A stretch of DNA of 64,000 bases from an uncultured Candidatus Saccharibacteria bacterium (lineage in GTDB: Bacteria; Patescibacteriota; Minisyncoccia; Phycocordibacterales; UBA9973): the NCBI GenBank assembly GCA_964577515.1, contig CAZNZN010000001.1, forward strand, positions 876-64,875, given 5' to 3'. Below, one piece after another: positions 9,426 through 18,245 of this stretch. The position numbers and the translations under genes were made by a program. Within the stretch, counting starts at the first letter, position 1. The number at the start of each line of letters is the position of its first letter. A model generated the notes under the pieces. It was not told the DNA's origin, did no database searches, and worked only from the letters and a program-made list of their open reading frames with translations.

Positions 9426-9797
9426 TTAGAGCACTTCTGGTGCAAGTGATGCTATTTTCTGGTAGCCAAGCTCTGCGATTTCTCGAGGGATAGGACCAAA
9501 GATACGTCCAGCCTTAGGTTCCTGCTTTCCTTTTTCAAGAATTACTACCGCATTATCATCGAAAGAGATGTAAGAGCCATCAGCCCGACGAAATGGTGCT
9601 TTTTGACGAACAACAACAGCGTAACAAACGTCTTTCTTTTTCACTGCTTTTCGAGGTTCAGCTTTTTTGACAGAAATCACAACAATATCGCCAATTCCTG
9701 CATAACGACGCTTTGATCCACCAAGTACTTTGAAAATCTTTCCGATTTGTCCTCCGGCGTTATCTGTGATTTTAACTAATGATTCATTCTGCAACAT
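9426..9797 (-). CDS. rplN: 50S ribosomal protein L14
   Basis: DNAG, FDDNAVV, RIFGPIPRE, SLAPEVL. Confidence 0.98.
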   Translation of the reverse strand: MLQNESLVKITDNAGGQIGKIFKVLGGSKRRYAGIGDIVVISVKKAEPRKAVKKKDVCYAVVVRQKAPFRRADGSYISFDDNAVVILEKGKQEPKAGRIFGPIPREIAELGYQKIASLAPEVL

Positions 9798-9807
9798 ATC
9801 ATAACTC

Positions 9808-10050
9808 TTACTTTACAACACTAAAGTGTTTATCCTTAGAAAGTGGTCGACTCTCAACAATCTCAACAATCTCTCCTACCTTGTGAGCATTATCTTCATC
9901 ATGTGCTTTAAACTTTTTTGTGATCTTAACGTACTTTTGATACTTTGGATGCTTCACAAAACGGGTCACAGCAACAACAACCGTCTTATCCATCTTGTCT
10001 GAGACAACGGTGCCCTTGATTGTTTTTTTGTTGTTGGTTGTTGTTTTCAT
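9808..10050 (-). CDS. rpsQ: 30S ribosomal protein S17
   Basis: [25 protein letters not shown]. Confidence 0.98.
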   Translation of the reverse strand: MKTTTNNKKTIKGTVVSDKMDKTVVVAVTRFVKHPKYQKYVKITKKFKAHDEDNAHKVGEIVEIVESRPLSKDKHFSVVK

Positions 10051-10094
10051 ATTATTAAGTCTTGATACTATACCGTATTTTTATAAAAAGTCTA

Positions 10095-10277
10095 CTATTG
10101 GGTGTTTATGAGCGTAAGGATGCGAGCGATAGTTTTCTTATTTGCTCGATACTCTTTAAGATCTCCCCCTTTTCCAAGGTTTTTCCCAAAGGTCGCACTT
10201 GCAACCGCCGCTTTGAGCTTTGCGAGTTCTGCCACAAGTTCTTGTGGGGTTTTGTCTTTTAGTGATGTTTTTTTCAT
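10095..10277 (-). CDS. rpmC: 50S ribosomal protein L29
   Basis: 60 aa, KKTIARILT; synteny. Confidence 0.9.
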   Translation of the reverse strand: MKKTSLKDKTPQELVAELAKLKAAVASATFGKNLGKGGDLKEYRANKKTIARILTLINTQ

Positions 10278-10282
10278 AGTGA

Positions 10283-10699
10283 TTATACTCGTGCAACAAC
10301 GCGTGATTTGATAGGAAGCTTGGTTCCCGCCTTTCGAAGCGCTTCTCGGGCAACTACCTCAGTAACACCGTCTACTTCAAAAATAATACGACCAGGAAGA
10401 ATTTCCATGCAGTACCCATCGAGATCTCCTTTTCCACCACCCATCGGTACTTCTGCTGGCTTTGAAGTAATAGGTCGGTCTGGAAATACACGTACCCACA
10501 TACGACCAGTCTTTCCAAGGTGACGAGATGCTGCCTTACGTGCCGCTTCGATTTGGTTTGAGGTAATACGAGCAAGAGACTCGGTCTTGAGTGCGAATGA
10601 CCCAAAAGATACTGTTGTTCCGCGAGTTTCAACACGCTTTGTCATGTCGGTTCGCTTCTTTTGCCATTTTCTAAATTTTACTTTTTTAGGATACAACAT
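10283..10699 (-). CDS. rplP: 50S ribosomal protein L16
   Basis: MLYPKKVKFRK, QIEAAR, WVRVFPD, MGGGKG. Confidence 0.98.
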   Translation of the reverse strand: MLYPKKVKFRKWQKKRTDMTKRVETRGTTVSFGSFALKTESLARITSNQIEAARKAASRHLGKTGRMWVRVFPDRPITSKPAEVPMGGGKGDLDGYCMEILPGRIIFEVDGVTEVVAREALRKAGTKLPIKSRVVARV

Positions 10700-10710
10700 G
10701 GTAATAACTC

Positions 10711-11379
10711 TTATTTCTTTTCTCCGCGAGAGAATATCTGACCCTTATAGATCCATACTTTGATACCAATATCTCCGTAGGCAAGGTGTGCGCGCTCACG
10801 AGCAAAATCAATATCAGCACGAACTGTTTGTAGTGGAATAGATCCACGTTTAAGCTCTTCACTTCGAGCGATTTCTGCCCCACCGAGACGTCCCCCCATG
10901 TAGAATTTCACCCCTTGGACACCACGAACTGCCATCACTTTTTCGATAAGCTGTTTCATAACGCGACGATACGGAAGACGTTTTTCAAGTCCTTCTGCAA
11001 GCATGTAGGCAACGATTTTTGCATCTGCTTCAGGATTTGTTACTTCAACAATCTCAAGCTTGATATCATCAGTAACAACAAGTTTTGCACGCTTAAGGGT
11101 CTTCACAATATCTGCTTTGAGTTTTGTTGCTCCCTCACCACTACGGCCAATCACCATTCCAGGACGAGAAGTACGGATAATGATACGTACTGCTTTTTGT
11201 CCTCGTTCAATTTCTACGCTTGATACATATGAACCACGAAGGCGTTTCTCGAGAAACTCACGAATAGTAACATCAACCTTGAGGTTGTCGACAAATTTTG
11301 CATCTGTAGCAAACCAGCGTGATTTCCAATCACGAAGTGTTACAAGACGATGTGCGTATGGGTGAACTACTTTAGACAT
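10711..11379 (-). CDS. rpsC: 30S ribosomal protein S3
   Basis: RPGMVIGRSG KH domain, GRLGGAEIARSE, GIKVWIY. Confidence 0.98.
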   Translation of the reverse strand: MSKVVHPYAHRLVTLRDWKSRWFATDAKFVDNLKVDVTIREFLEKRLRGSYVSSVEIERGQKAVRIIIRTSRPGMVIGRSGEGATKLKADIVKTLKRAKLVVTDDIKLEIVEVTNPEADAKIVAYMLAEGLEKRLPYRRVMKQLIEKVMAVRGVQGVKFYMGGRLGGAEIARSEELKRGSIPLQTVRADIDFARERAHLAYGDIGIKVWIYKGQIFSRGEKK

Positions 11380-11385
11380 AATGAT

Positions 11386-11760
11386 TTATTTATTTTTTGC
11401 TACTTTCTTCTTTGCAGCGACCTTCTTTGACTTCGGTGCTTTCTCAGCAAGAACAACATCAACATGGCTCATTTTCTTGCGAATAGGCTTTGCAGACCCC
11501 ATAGCGCGAGGCATGTACCGCTTCATGACGAGTCCTTTGTTTACCTCAATAGTTTTAATAACTAAATTGTCAGTAGCAAGACCAGATTGCACTGCATTTG
11601 CCGCAGCACTCTTGATGAGTTTCTTGATAGGATCAGCCGCCCGCTTTGGCATGTATGAAAGTGTCACCTCCGCATCAGCGATAGTTTTGCCTTTTACAGC
11701 GTTAGCAACAAGGCGAACCTTGCGTGGTGATTGGCGATAATTGGTAAGTGATGCTTTCAT
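11386..11760 (-). CDS. rplV: 50S ribosomal protein L22
   Basis: SPRKVRLVA, SAAANA, PRAMG. Confidence 0.97.
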   Translation of the reverse strand: MKASLTNYRQSPRKVRLVANAVKGKTIADAEVTLSYMPKRAADPIKKLIKSAAANAVQSGLATDNLVIKTIEVNKGLVMKRYMPRAMGSAKPIRKKMSHVDVVLAEKAPKSKKVAAKKKVAKNK

Positions 11761-11777
11761 AAAAGTAAACTAAACGA

Positions 11778-12125
11778 TTATTTTTTCTTAGTATCAGTGG
11801 TAGAAGCCTTCGCAGCTTTTGCAGCAGCAATTTCAGACTCTTTTTTCTTTTGATCGAGTTCTTTCTGCATCTTACCTCCATGACGAGTAAACTTGCGTGT
11901 AGGAGAAAATTCTCCGAGACGGTGTCCCACCATATCTTCAGTAACAAGGACCTCTATGTGCTGACGGCCGTTGTGTACCCCGAAGGTAAATCCTACCATT
12001 TCTGGTGCTATCTGTGAGTCTCGTGACCATGTTTTAATAACTCCTGCAGAAAGGGGTGCTTTGCCCGCAATCTTTTTGAGGAGTTTTTCATCAATATATG
12101 GTCCTTTTGCAAGTGATCGTGTCAT
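11778..12125 (-). CDS. rpsS: 30S ribosomal protein S19 (Lys/Ala-rich C-terminal tail)
   Basis: [28 protein letters not shown]; start reassigned to ATG 12125. Confidence 0.97.
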   Translation of the reverse strand: MTRSLAKGPYIDEKLLKKIAGKAPLSAGVIKTWSRDSQIAPEMVGFTFGVHNGRQHIEVLVTEDMVGHRLGEFSPTRKFTRHGGKMQKELDQKKKESEIAAAKAAKASTTDTKKK

Positions 12126-12163
12126 GGTTTTAGAATAAAAGAAGCTCGTTCTGAGCTCCGCAT

Positions 12164-12191
12164 ATCTTAGCAAATTATTAGGTATTGTCAA
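12164..12191 (-). promoter_or_regulatory. Internal promoter restarting the S10 operon at rpsS
   Basis: Minus strand TTGACA-16-TAAGAT with TG extension. Confidence 0.65.
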
Positions 12192-12196
12192 ATCTT

Positions 12197-12583
12197 CTAT
12201 AAGAAAAGCTTCGGGATGAAGATGATGCACCCGACGGCGATAGCTCCTGCGACCGTCAAAAGGACTGCTCCGGCTGCAACATCTTTGGTATCACGAGCGT
12301 ACGGGTGGTAATTGGGACTCGTAAGATCAATGTCAAACTCAAGTGCTGTATTAAAACCTTCTGCAGCAAGGACTGCTGCTATAGAAAGTACAATAAGACC
12401 CCACTCTGCTTCGCTGATATGAAACCAGAAGCCCAGAAAAATTGCTATAAGCGCAACAACACCATGCACCCATGCGTTGTGCTGTGTCTTGAAAATGACC
12501 ACCACCCCTCGAAGGGCATACCTTAAACTCCTCGCTCGTGCTATTATCGAAAATCGTTTTTTCTCTGAGAGTTTCTTTTCCAT
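12197..12583 (-). CDS. dgkA: Diacylglycerol/undecaprenol kinase family (DgkA)
   Basis: [32 protein letters not shown]; three TM helices. Confidence 0.9.
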   Translation of the reverse strand: MEKKLSEKKRFSIIARARSLRYALRGVVVIFKTQHNAWVHGVVALIAIFLGFWFHISEAEWGLIVLSIAAVLAAEGFNTALEFDIDLTSPNYHPYARDTKDVAAGAVLLTVAGAIAVGCIIFIPKLFL

Positions 12584-12629
12584 ATACTAAGTATAACAAA
12601 AACCACTACTTTCGGAGTGGTTTTTAGTA

Positions 12630-13466
12630 CTATCGCTTTCCTTTTCTTCGAGAAACAATCAGTGAGTTTGAATATTTCTTTGGAGTTCGAGTTCGTACAC
12701 CGTACGCTTGTTTTCCATGTCGTGTTTTTGGACCACGTCGAAGACCGATACCTTGTCGTCCTTCTCCTCCACCGTGTGGGTGATCAACCGGGTTCATTGC
12801 AGTACCACGAACAGTTGGGCGAATACCCTTCCATCGAGAACGTCCTGCTTTACCAAAGTTGCGAAGTTTGCTCTCTTCGTTTGATACCTCTCCGATACAT
12901 GCCCATGCACTGTCGAGTACTTTTCGAACCTCTCCAGAAGGCATTTTAAGGTTAGTATATCCGTTATCTTGAGCGGCAACTTGTGCAAATACCCCCGCAG
13001 AACGAACAAGTGATGCTTTTGCGCCAGGCTTAAGAGCCACGTTGTATACAAAAGTACCAACAGGAACATTTTTGAGCGGAAGTCGATTTGCCACCTCTAC
13101 AGGTGCGGTTTCAGATACGATAAATGCAGCGCCAACCCCGACGTTCTTCGGGAGAACAACATACCGCTTTTCTCCATCAGCGTACACAGCAATACCAACA
13201 AAAGCGGTGCGATTTGGATCGTATTCTACAGAAACAATCTTTGCTGGGATGTCTATCTTGTTGTACAAGAAATCAACTGCTCGATATGCTCGCTTATGCC
13301 CTCCTCCTTTATGCGGAGTAGTGATACGACCTTGGTTGTTTCGTCCAACAGAACGCTTCTTTCCTTTAGTGAGGGATTTGAGCGGTTTTGTAGCAGTGAG
13401 CACCTTTCGGTATTCAACCCCTTGCTGTTGTCGTTTTGATGGTGTTGTTGGTTTAAATTTCTTCAT
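12630..13466 (-). CDS. rplB: 50S ribosomal protein L2
   Basis: GRNNQGRIT, EYDPNRTA, RGTAMNPVDHPHGGGEG. Confidence 0.98.
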   Translation of the reverse strand: MKKFKPTTPSKRQQQGVEYRKVLTATKPLKSLTKGKKRSVGRNNQGRITTPHKGGGHKRAYRAVDFLYNKIDIPAKIVSVEYDPNRTAFVGIAVYADGEKRYVVLPKNVGVGAAFIVSETAPVEVANRLPLKNVPVGTFVYNVALKPGAKASLVRSAGVFAQVAAQDNGYTNLKMPSGEVRKVLDSAWACIGEVSNEESKLRNFGKAGRSRWKGIRPTVRGTAMNPVDHPHGGGEGRQGIGLRRGPKTRHGKQAYGVRTRTPKKYSNSLIVSRRKGKR

Positions 13467-13483
13467 ATAATTGCGATTACGGA

Positions 13484-13777
13484 TTAAATGACATCAATAG
13501 TCTTTCCTTTTGGAAGCGTGATGTATGCCTTCTTCCCTGCTGCACCAAACCCGAGTGTTCCCTTGCGGAAAAAAGTTTTTCGTTTTATTTGAACAGTACG
13601 AACTGAGAGTGGTTTTTGCTTGTATTGCGCTTCAAATGCTTTTCCTATCTCACTTTTTGTAGCATCAACCGCCACATCAAAAGTGTAGGTACGTACTGAT
13701 TGGGCATTTGCTGCCTTTTCAGTGATACGAGGGTTCTTCAAAATACCAGTAATTGTTGTTGTTTCTTTTGTCGCCAT
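13484..13777 (-). CDS. rplW: 50S ribosomal protein L23
   Basis: PRITEKA, ATKSEI, KKAYITL. Confidence 0.95.
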   Translation of the reverse strand: MATKETTTITGILKNPRITEKAANAQSVRTYTFDVAVDATKSEIGKAFEAQYKQKPLSVRTVQIKRKTFFRKGTLGFGAAGKKAYITLPKGKTIDVI

Positions 13778-13787
13778 ATACTAACTC

Positions 13788-14450
13788 TTATGCCATCTTC
13801 GCTTCTAGAGAAGGGAGGATATCTTTAGGGTCGACCATAATAATGTGTGAGAAATGCATTACATCAAGTGTATTGATATCTTTTGCAAGTGCTACGGTTA
13901 CTCCAGGAAGATTTGCAAAGCTCTTCTCTATCACTGTATCACGCTTTGGAAGCGCAAGAAGTGCAGTAGTTGCTTTCTTAGAGGTAAGTTTTTCAAATCC
14001 TTTCACTGTAGCAAGGTCCTTAAGAACACTTTGTGCAGTTTTTGTTTTCATTGCATCAAGTGCGAGAGTATCAACAAAGAGTACTTGATTATCTGCAAAG
14101 CGTTTTGATAACACAGTAAAGAGTGCTTTTGCACGCATTTTCTTATTGATCTTTTGTGAGTAATCTTTTTCGTTGCGAGGACCAAAAGTGACTCCTCCTC
14201 CTACCCAGATAGGGCTTCGTGAAGACCCGTGTCGAGCACGACCGGTTCCTTTTTGTTTCCATGGCTTTTTACCACCACCAGAAACTTCGCCGCGATCCTT
14301 TGTATGTGCAGTACCAGCACGCTTGTTTGCGGCCATACCTACTGCAACCTGGTGTACCAAATCAGCGTTCCATTTTACTCCAAACACTTTTGCTGGAAGT
14401 GTAAGAGATCCTGCTTTTGTTCCTTTTTGATTATAGAGTGTTGTTTCCAT
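13788..14450 (-). CDS. rplD: 50S ribosomal protein L4
   Basis: RGEVSGGGKKPWKQKGTGRARHGS. Confidence 0.98.
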   Translation of the reverse strand: METTLYNQKGTKAGSLTLPAKVFGVKWNADLVHQVAVGMAANKRAGTAHTKDRGEVSGGGKKPWKQKGTGRARHGSSRSPIWVGGGVTFGPRNEKDYSQKINKKMRAKALFTVLSKRFADNQVLFVDTLALDAMKTKTAQSVLKDLATVKGFEKLTSKKATTALLALPKRDTVIEKSFANLPGVTVALAKDINTLDVMHFSHIIMVDPKDILPSLEAKMA

Positions 14451-14461
14451 AGTATTAACTC

Positions 14462-15073
14462 TTATTTCGCTGTACTAATAAGTACTACTGAATCACGTCG
14501 ACCTGGTACTGCACCGCTGATATAAAGGGTGTTTGTAGCAGCATCAACAGCAACTACTTTGAGCCCCTTTACGGTTACTGTGTCACCACCGGTACGTCCC
14601 GCCATACGCATTCCTTTTGGAACACGAGTACGGAGCCCTCCTCCGATAGATCCTGGTTCACGTTCTGAGTGCTTCTGACCGTGTGACCGTGGTCCTCCAT
14701 GGAAGCCATGGCGCTTCACAACACCTTGAAATCCTTTTGATTTTGAGGTACCTGTTACCACCACCTCATCACCTGAAGCAAATGTCGATACTGCTATAGT
14801 ATCCCCGACCGCACCCTCTGGTGCTGCATCAAAACGAAACTCTTGAATGAGCTTGTATGCTTTACCACCAAGCGCCCCTTTGAGCGCTTGAGAGATGCGA
14901 GACTCTTTTTGGTCTTCTGAAGCAACCTGTACGGCGTTGTAACCGTCAGTAGCAACAGTTTTTATCTTTGTAATAACGTTTGGAGACGCAACTACCGCAG
15001 TGACTGGAAGTACTTTTCCATCCTCACTAAAGAGCTGTGTCATATTCACTTTTCTTCCGACGATGTATTTCAT
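14462..15073 (-). CDS. rplC: 50S ribosomal protein L3
   Basis: DGYNAVQ, KGFQGVVKRHGF, GAVPG. Confidence 0.98.
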   Translation of the reverse strand: MKYIVGRKVNMTQLFSEDGKVLPVTAVVASPNVITKIKTVATDGYNAVQVASEDQKESRISQALKGALGGKAYKLIQEFRFDAAPEGAVGDTIAVSTFASGDEVVVTGTSKSKGFQGVVKRHGFHGGPRSHGQKHSEREPGSIGGGLRTRVPKGMRMAGRTGGDTVTVKGLKVVAVDAATNTLYISGAVPGRRDSVVLISTAK

Positions 15074-15145
15074 AATGTTCTTGTCCTAAACGACTTAATG
15101 CCGAAGGATATTGGACCATTTAAAGACTATTTAAATGTGGTTGAG

Positions 15146-15173
15146 ATTATACACGGGATTTAAAAAAGCGCAA
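15146..15173 (-). promoter_or_regulatory. Promoter upstream of rplC (just after the rpsJ terminator at about 15184-15210)
   Basis: Minus strand TTGCGC-16-TATAAT. Confidence 0.6.
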
Positions 15174-15223
15174 GAACAATGCAAAAAACCACCCGTAGGG
15201 GTGGTTTTTTGTTGAGAGATGCA

Positions 15224-15574
15224 TTACATCATCTTTACATCAATATCTACACCAGATGGCATTGAGAGGTTTGTAAGCGCCTCAATCACCTTTGGTGATG
15301 GGTTCTCGATGTCGATCAGTCGTTTATGCACGCGCATTTCGAACTGTTCTCGAGAGTTTTTGTAGATGAACGGCGATCGGTTAACCGTGTACTTCTTGAT
15401 CTCTGTAGGGAGAGGGATCGGTCCACGAACCTTTGCATCGTACCGTGTTGCAGTATCAATAATCTGCTTGGTACTTGCGTCAAGAATCTTGTTCTCATAC
15501 GCACGTACTCGGATACGAAGCATTGATTGCACATCATCCTTTGCGTTTTTTTTGTTTGTTGTTTTTGCTGTCAT
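15224..15574 (-). CDS. rpsJ: 30S ribosomal protein S10
   Basis: [27 protein letters not shown]. Confidence 0.98.
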   Translation of the reverse strand: MTAKTTNKKNAKDDVQSMLRIRVRAYENKILDASTKQIIDTATRYDAKVRGPIPLPTEIKKYTVNRSPFIYKNSREQFEMRVHKRLIDIENPSPKVIEALTNLSMPSGVDIDVKMM

Positions 15575-15665
15575 ACGAATGTACTAAGCGGAGGGCTGGT
15601 GTTTCTGTCGTAAGTGCATATGTTTTTACTACAGAACCCGGGCCACTCTACGCAATAGGCTGATA

Positions 15666-16853
15666 TTACTTGATAACCTTTGTTACCACACCGGCACCAA
15701 CAGTCTTTCCTCCTTCTCGGATTGCGAAGCGCATTTGGTCTTCCATAGCAACTGGAGCAACGAGTTTAACTGTTACTTTCACTGTGTCTCCTGGCATTAC
15801 CATTTCTGTTCCTGCTGGGAGTGTTACTTCTCCAGTAACGTCAGTGGTTCGGATGTAGAACTGTGGTTTGTATCCGTTCATAAATGGAGTGTGTCGTCCA
15901 CCTTCCTCTTTCTTGAGTACGTATACTTCACCTTCAAATTCTGTGTGTGGAGTTACAGAGCCGGTCTTCGCGAGCACTTGTCCTCGGGTGAGATCTTCTT
16001 TCTTCACACCGCGGAGAAGGATACCTGCGTTGTCCCCTGCTTGTCCTTCAGAAAGTGACTTGTTGAACATTTCGATACCAGTCACTGTGGTTTTCATAGT
16101 GTCCTTGATACCAACGATTTCAACTTCTTCACCAACTTTCACGATTCCACGTTCGATACGTCCTGTTACTACAGTTCCGCGTCCTTCGATAGAAAAGATA
16201 TCTTCGATAGGCATGAGGAACGCTTTGTCGAGGTCGCGAACTGGAAGTGGGATGTAGGTGTCGAGTGCGTTTGCAAGCTCGAGCACTTTTTGTGCCCATG
16301 TATCATCAAGACTTGTAGCTTCAAGCGCTTTAAGTCCAGACCCACGGATTACAGGACAATCCTTGTCAAATCCTTGCTTTGCAAGAATTTCACGGATTTC
16401 TTCTTCAACGAGGTCAATCATGTCTGGGTCATCCACCATGTCACACTTGTTGAGGAACACGATAATCTTTGGAACACCCACTTGTTTTGCAAGGAGGATG
16501 TGCTCTCGTGTTTGAGGCATTGCACCATCAGTAGCAGCAACCACAATGATTGCTCCGTCCATTTGTGCTGCACCAGTGATCATGTTCTTGATGTAGTCAG
16601 CGTGTCCTGGAGCGTCGATGTGCGCGTAGTGACGTGTCTCTGTCTCGTACTCGTTGTGAGAAATGTTGATAGTAATACCACGTGCTTTCTCTTCAGGAGC
16701 ACCGTCGATTTCATCAACTTTCTTGAGCTTCACTTGCTTTCCGGCCATGTTCAACACATGGAGGATAGCCGCAGTAAGCGTAGTCTTTCCGTGGTCAACG
16801 TGACCAATAGTTCCTACGTTTACGTGTGGCTTTGAACGATTAAATTCTGCCAT
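15666..16853 (-). CDS. tuf: Elongation factor Tu
   Basis: [26 protein letters not shown]. Confidence 0.99.
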   Translation of the reverse strand: MAEFNRSKPHVNVGTIGHVDHGKTTLTAAILHVLNMAGKQVKLKKVDEIDGAPEEKARGITINISHNEYETETRHYAHIDAPGHADYIKNMITGAAQMDGAIIVVAATDGAMPQTREHILLAKQVGVPKIIVFLNKCDMVDDPDMIDLVEEEIREILAKQGFDKDCPVIRGSGLKALEATSLDDTWAQKVLELANALDTYIPLPVRDLDKAFLMPIEDIFSIEGRGTVVTGRIERGIVKVGEEVEIVGIKDTMKTTVTGIEMFNKSLSEGQAGDNAGILLRGVKKEDLTRGQVLAKTGSVTPHTEFEGEVYVLKKEEGGRHTPFMNGYKPQFYIRTTDVTGEVTLPAGTEMVMPGDTVKVTVKLVAPVAMEDQMRFAIREGGKTVGAGVVTKVIK

Positions 16854-16924
16854 AATAAATTAACGTTAAATTACTTAATAAAAATCGCAAATAAAAACAA
16901 AACGCAAAACTGCGATTGCCCTTC

Positions 16925-16952
16925 ATCATAGCACTCCGGGCACCTTTGTCAA
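16925..16952 (-). promoter_or_regulatory. tuf promoter
   Basis: Minus strand TTGACA-16-TATGAT with TG extension, directly after hairpin 16961-16979. Confidence 0.7.
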
Positions 16953-16983
16953 ATAAAACACCCCCTCTTGCGAGGGGGCTTCT

Positions 16984-17412
16984 TCATTTTTTAAGAGTAC
17001 CCGCTATTTCCTTGCAGGCCTCAAACATTTTAAAAACGACAGCGAGTGCTTCTTCAGAGAGGGTGTGCATTGGAAGTTGCATATCAACCCACTGCTTTTC
17101 GTCGGGAGCGTCATAGAGCGCCTTCCAGTTGAAAATGTACGGCCTGTTTGACCGCAACGCACTGTCTTTCGCCCATTTCTTTTCAGTGAAATACTTTTCA
17201 GGACGAGAACTGTCAAACAGTCGAACAATAATGTCGTTGTTTGTCTGGGTAACAAATACAACAGTCTTTTCCCCTTGATGGTTTATCACCATCCGATGGA
17301 TGCTCCCTGTTAAATCAGGGAAGTGTCCAATCGGTCTCTCTTCAACAATGGAAAAATGTTTTTTGATAATCTTCTTGGCTCTCTCAAGTGGAGAGTGTAA
17401 GGAACTGGTCAT
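16984..17412 (-). CDS. Hypothetical orphan protein
   Basis: ATG 17412; own promoter TTGACA-16-TATCTT (17431-17458). Confidence 0.6.
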   Translation of the reverse strand: MTSSLHSPLERAKKIIKKHFSIVEERPIGHFPDLTGSIHRMVINHQGEKTVVFVTQTNNDIIVRLFDSSRPEKYFTEKKWAKDSALRSNRPYIFNWKALYDAPDEKQWVDMQLPMHTLSEEALAVVFKMFEACKEIAGTLKK

Positions 17413-17485
17413 ATGAATGAAATTTTCATAAAGATACCACAAAATCATTTTTTGTCAAAAAAAACACCTGAAAGGGTGCTTTAAC

Positions 17486-18178
17486 TTACAAAGAAAGTAC
17501 TTTCCTCAAGTGTTCTACATACTGACCCGGGGTGAGTTTTTCCACAGCTGGATCAGCAATGAGTTCTGGAAATTCTCGCTCTGTAAGCGGTGTCACGATA
17601 AGCGACGGTTCATCGCAGATCACTTCTTTGAAGACTTTTTCTTCTCTCCACTGCGCTAGTAAGCTACTGAGCTTTGCTTTCGCCTGTACGTACCCCTCTT
17701 CGTCTTTACGATATGGGTGCCCCGGCTCAAAGTGCGCGGCCCAAGAGCTAACTCCAAGGAGAACGGTATCTTCTTGGAGCTTTTCACCAAAGATCTCTTT
17801 GAGTCCAAACACTACTGTTTCAGCAGTACGGACATTTACCCTTTCGTGATACTCAATAGAGTGAGTTTCCTTCTCTTCTTGCGTCTCCCCTGGAAACATA
17901 GGGTCACTATCTTTCCGTAGATCTCCTACCAACAGTACTACCTGTTCAGGGAGAACTCCTTCTGTAGAAAGATTTTTAAAATAGTTAACCATACTATCAT
18001 GACTTTCTATTTCTACTGTCGCACAGTGTGCATTTGGGAAAGTACCAAAAAGGTCTTGTGCCTTTTGGATACTTCTCACTGGAAGATAGAGTTCGTGGCC
18101 CTCACTAAGCATTTGTAGAGTAAACGCAGTACCAATACCACCAGTACTTCCTGTTACAACGATTGTTTGTTTTTTCAT
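17486..18178 (-). CDS. Divergent SDR-family NAD(P)-dependent oxidoreductase
   Basis: VVTGSTGGIG Rossmann motif, VSS, YVQAK (YxxxK). Confidence 0.75.
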   Translation of the reverse strand: MKKQTIVVTGSTGGIGTAFTLQMLSEGHELYLPVRSIQKAQDLFGTFPNAHCATVEIESHDSMVNYFKNLSTEGVLPEQVVLLVGDLRKDSDPMFPGETQEEKETHSIEYHERVNVRTAETVVFGLKEIFGEKLQEDTVLLGVSSWAAHFEPGHPYRKDEEGYVQAKAKLSSLLAQWREEKVFKEVICDEPSLIVTPLTEREFPELIADPAVEKLTPGQYVEHLRKVLSL

Positions 18179-18245
18179 GTGCAGTATTTTACGCCTACTG
18201 TAGCACAAAAACAAAAAGTCCCCGTAAGGGACTTTTTGAGAACAC

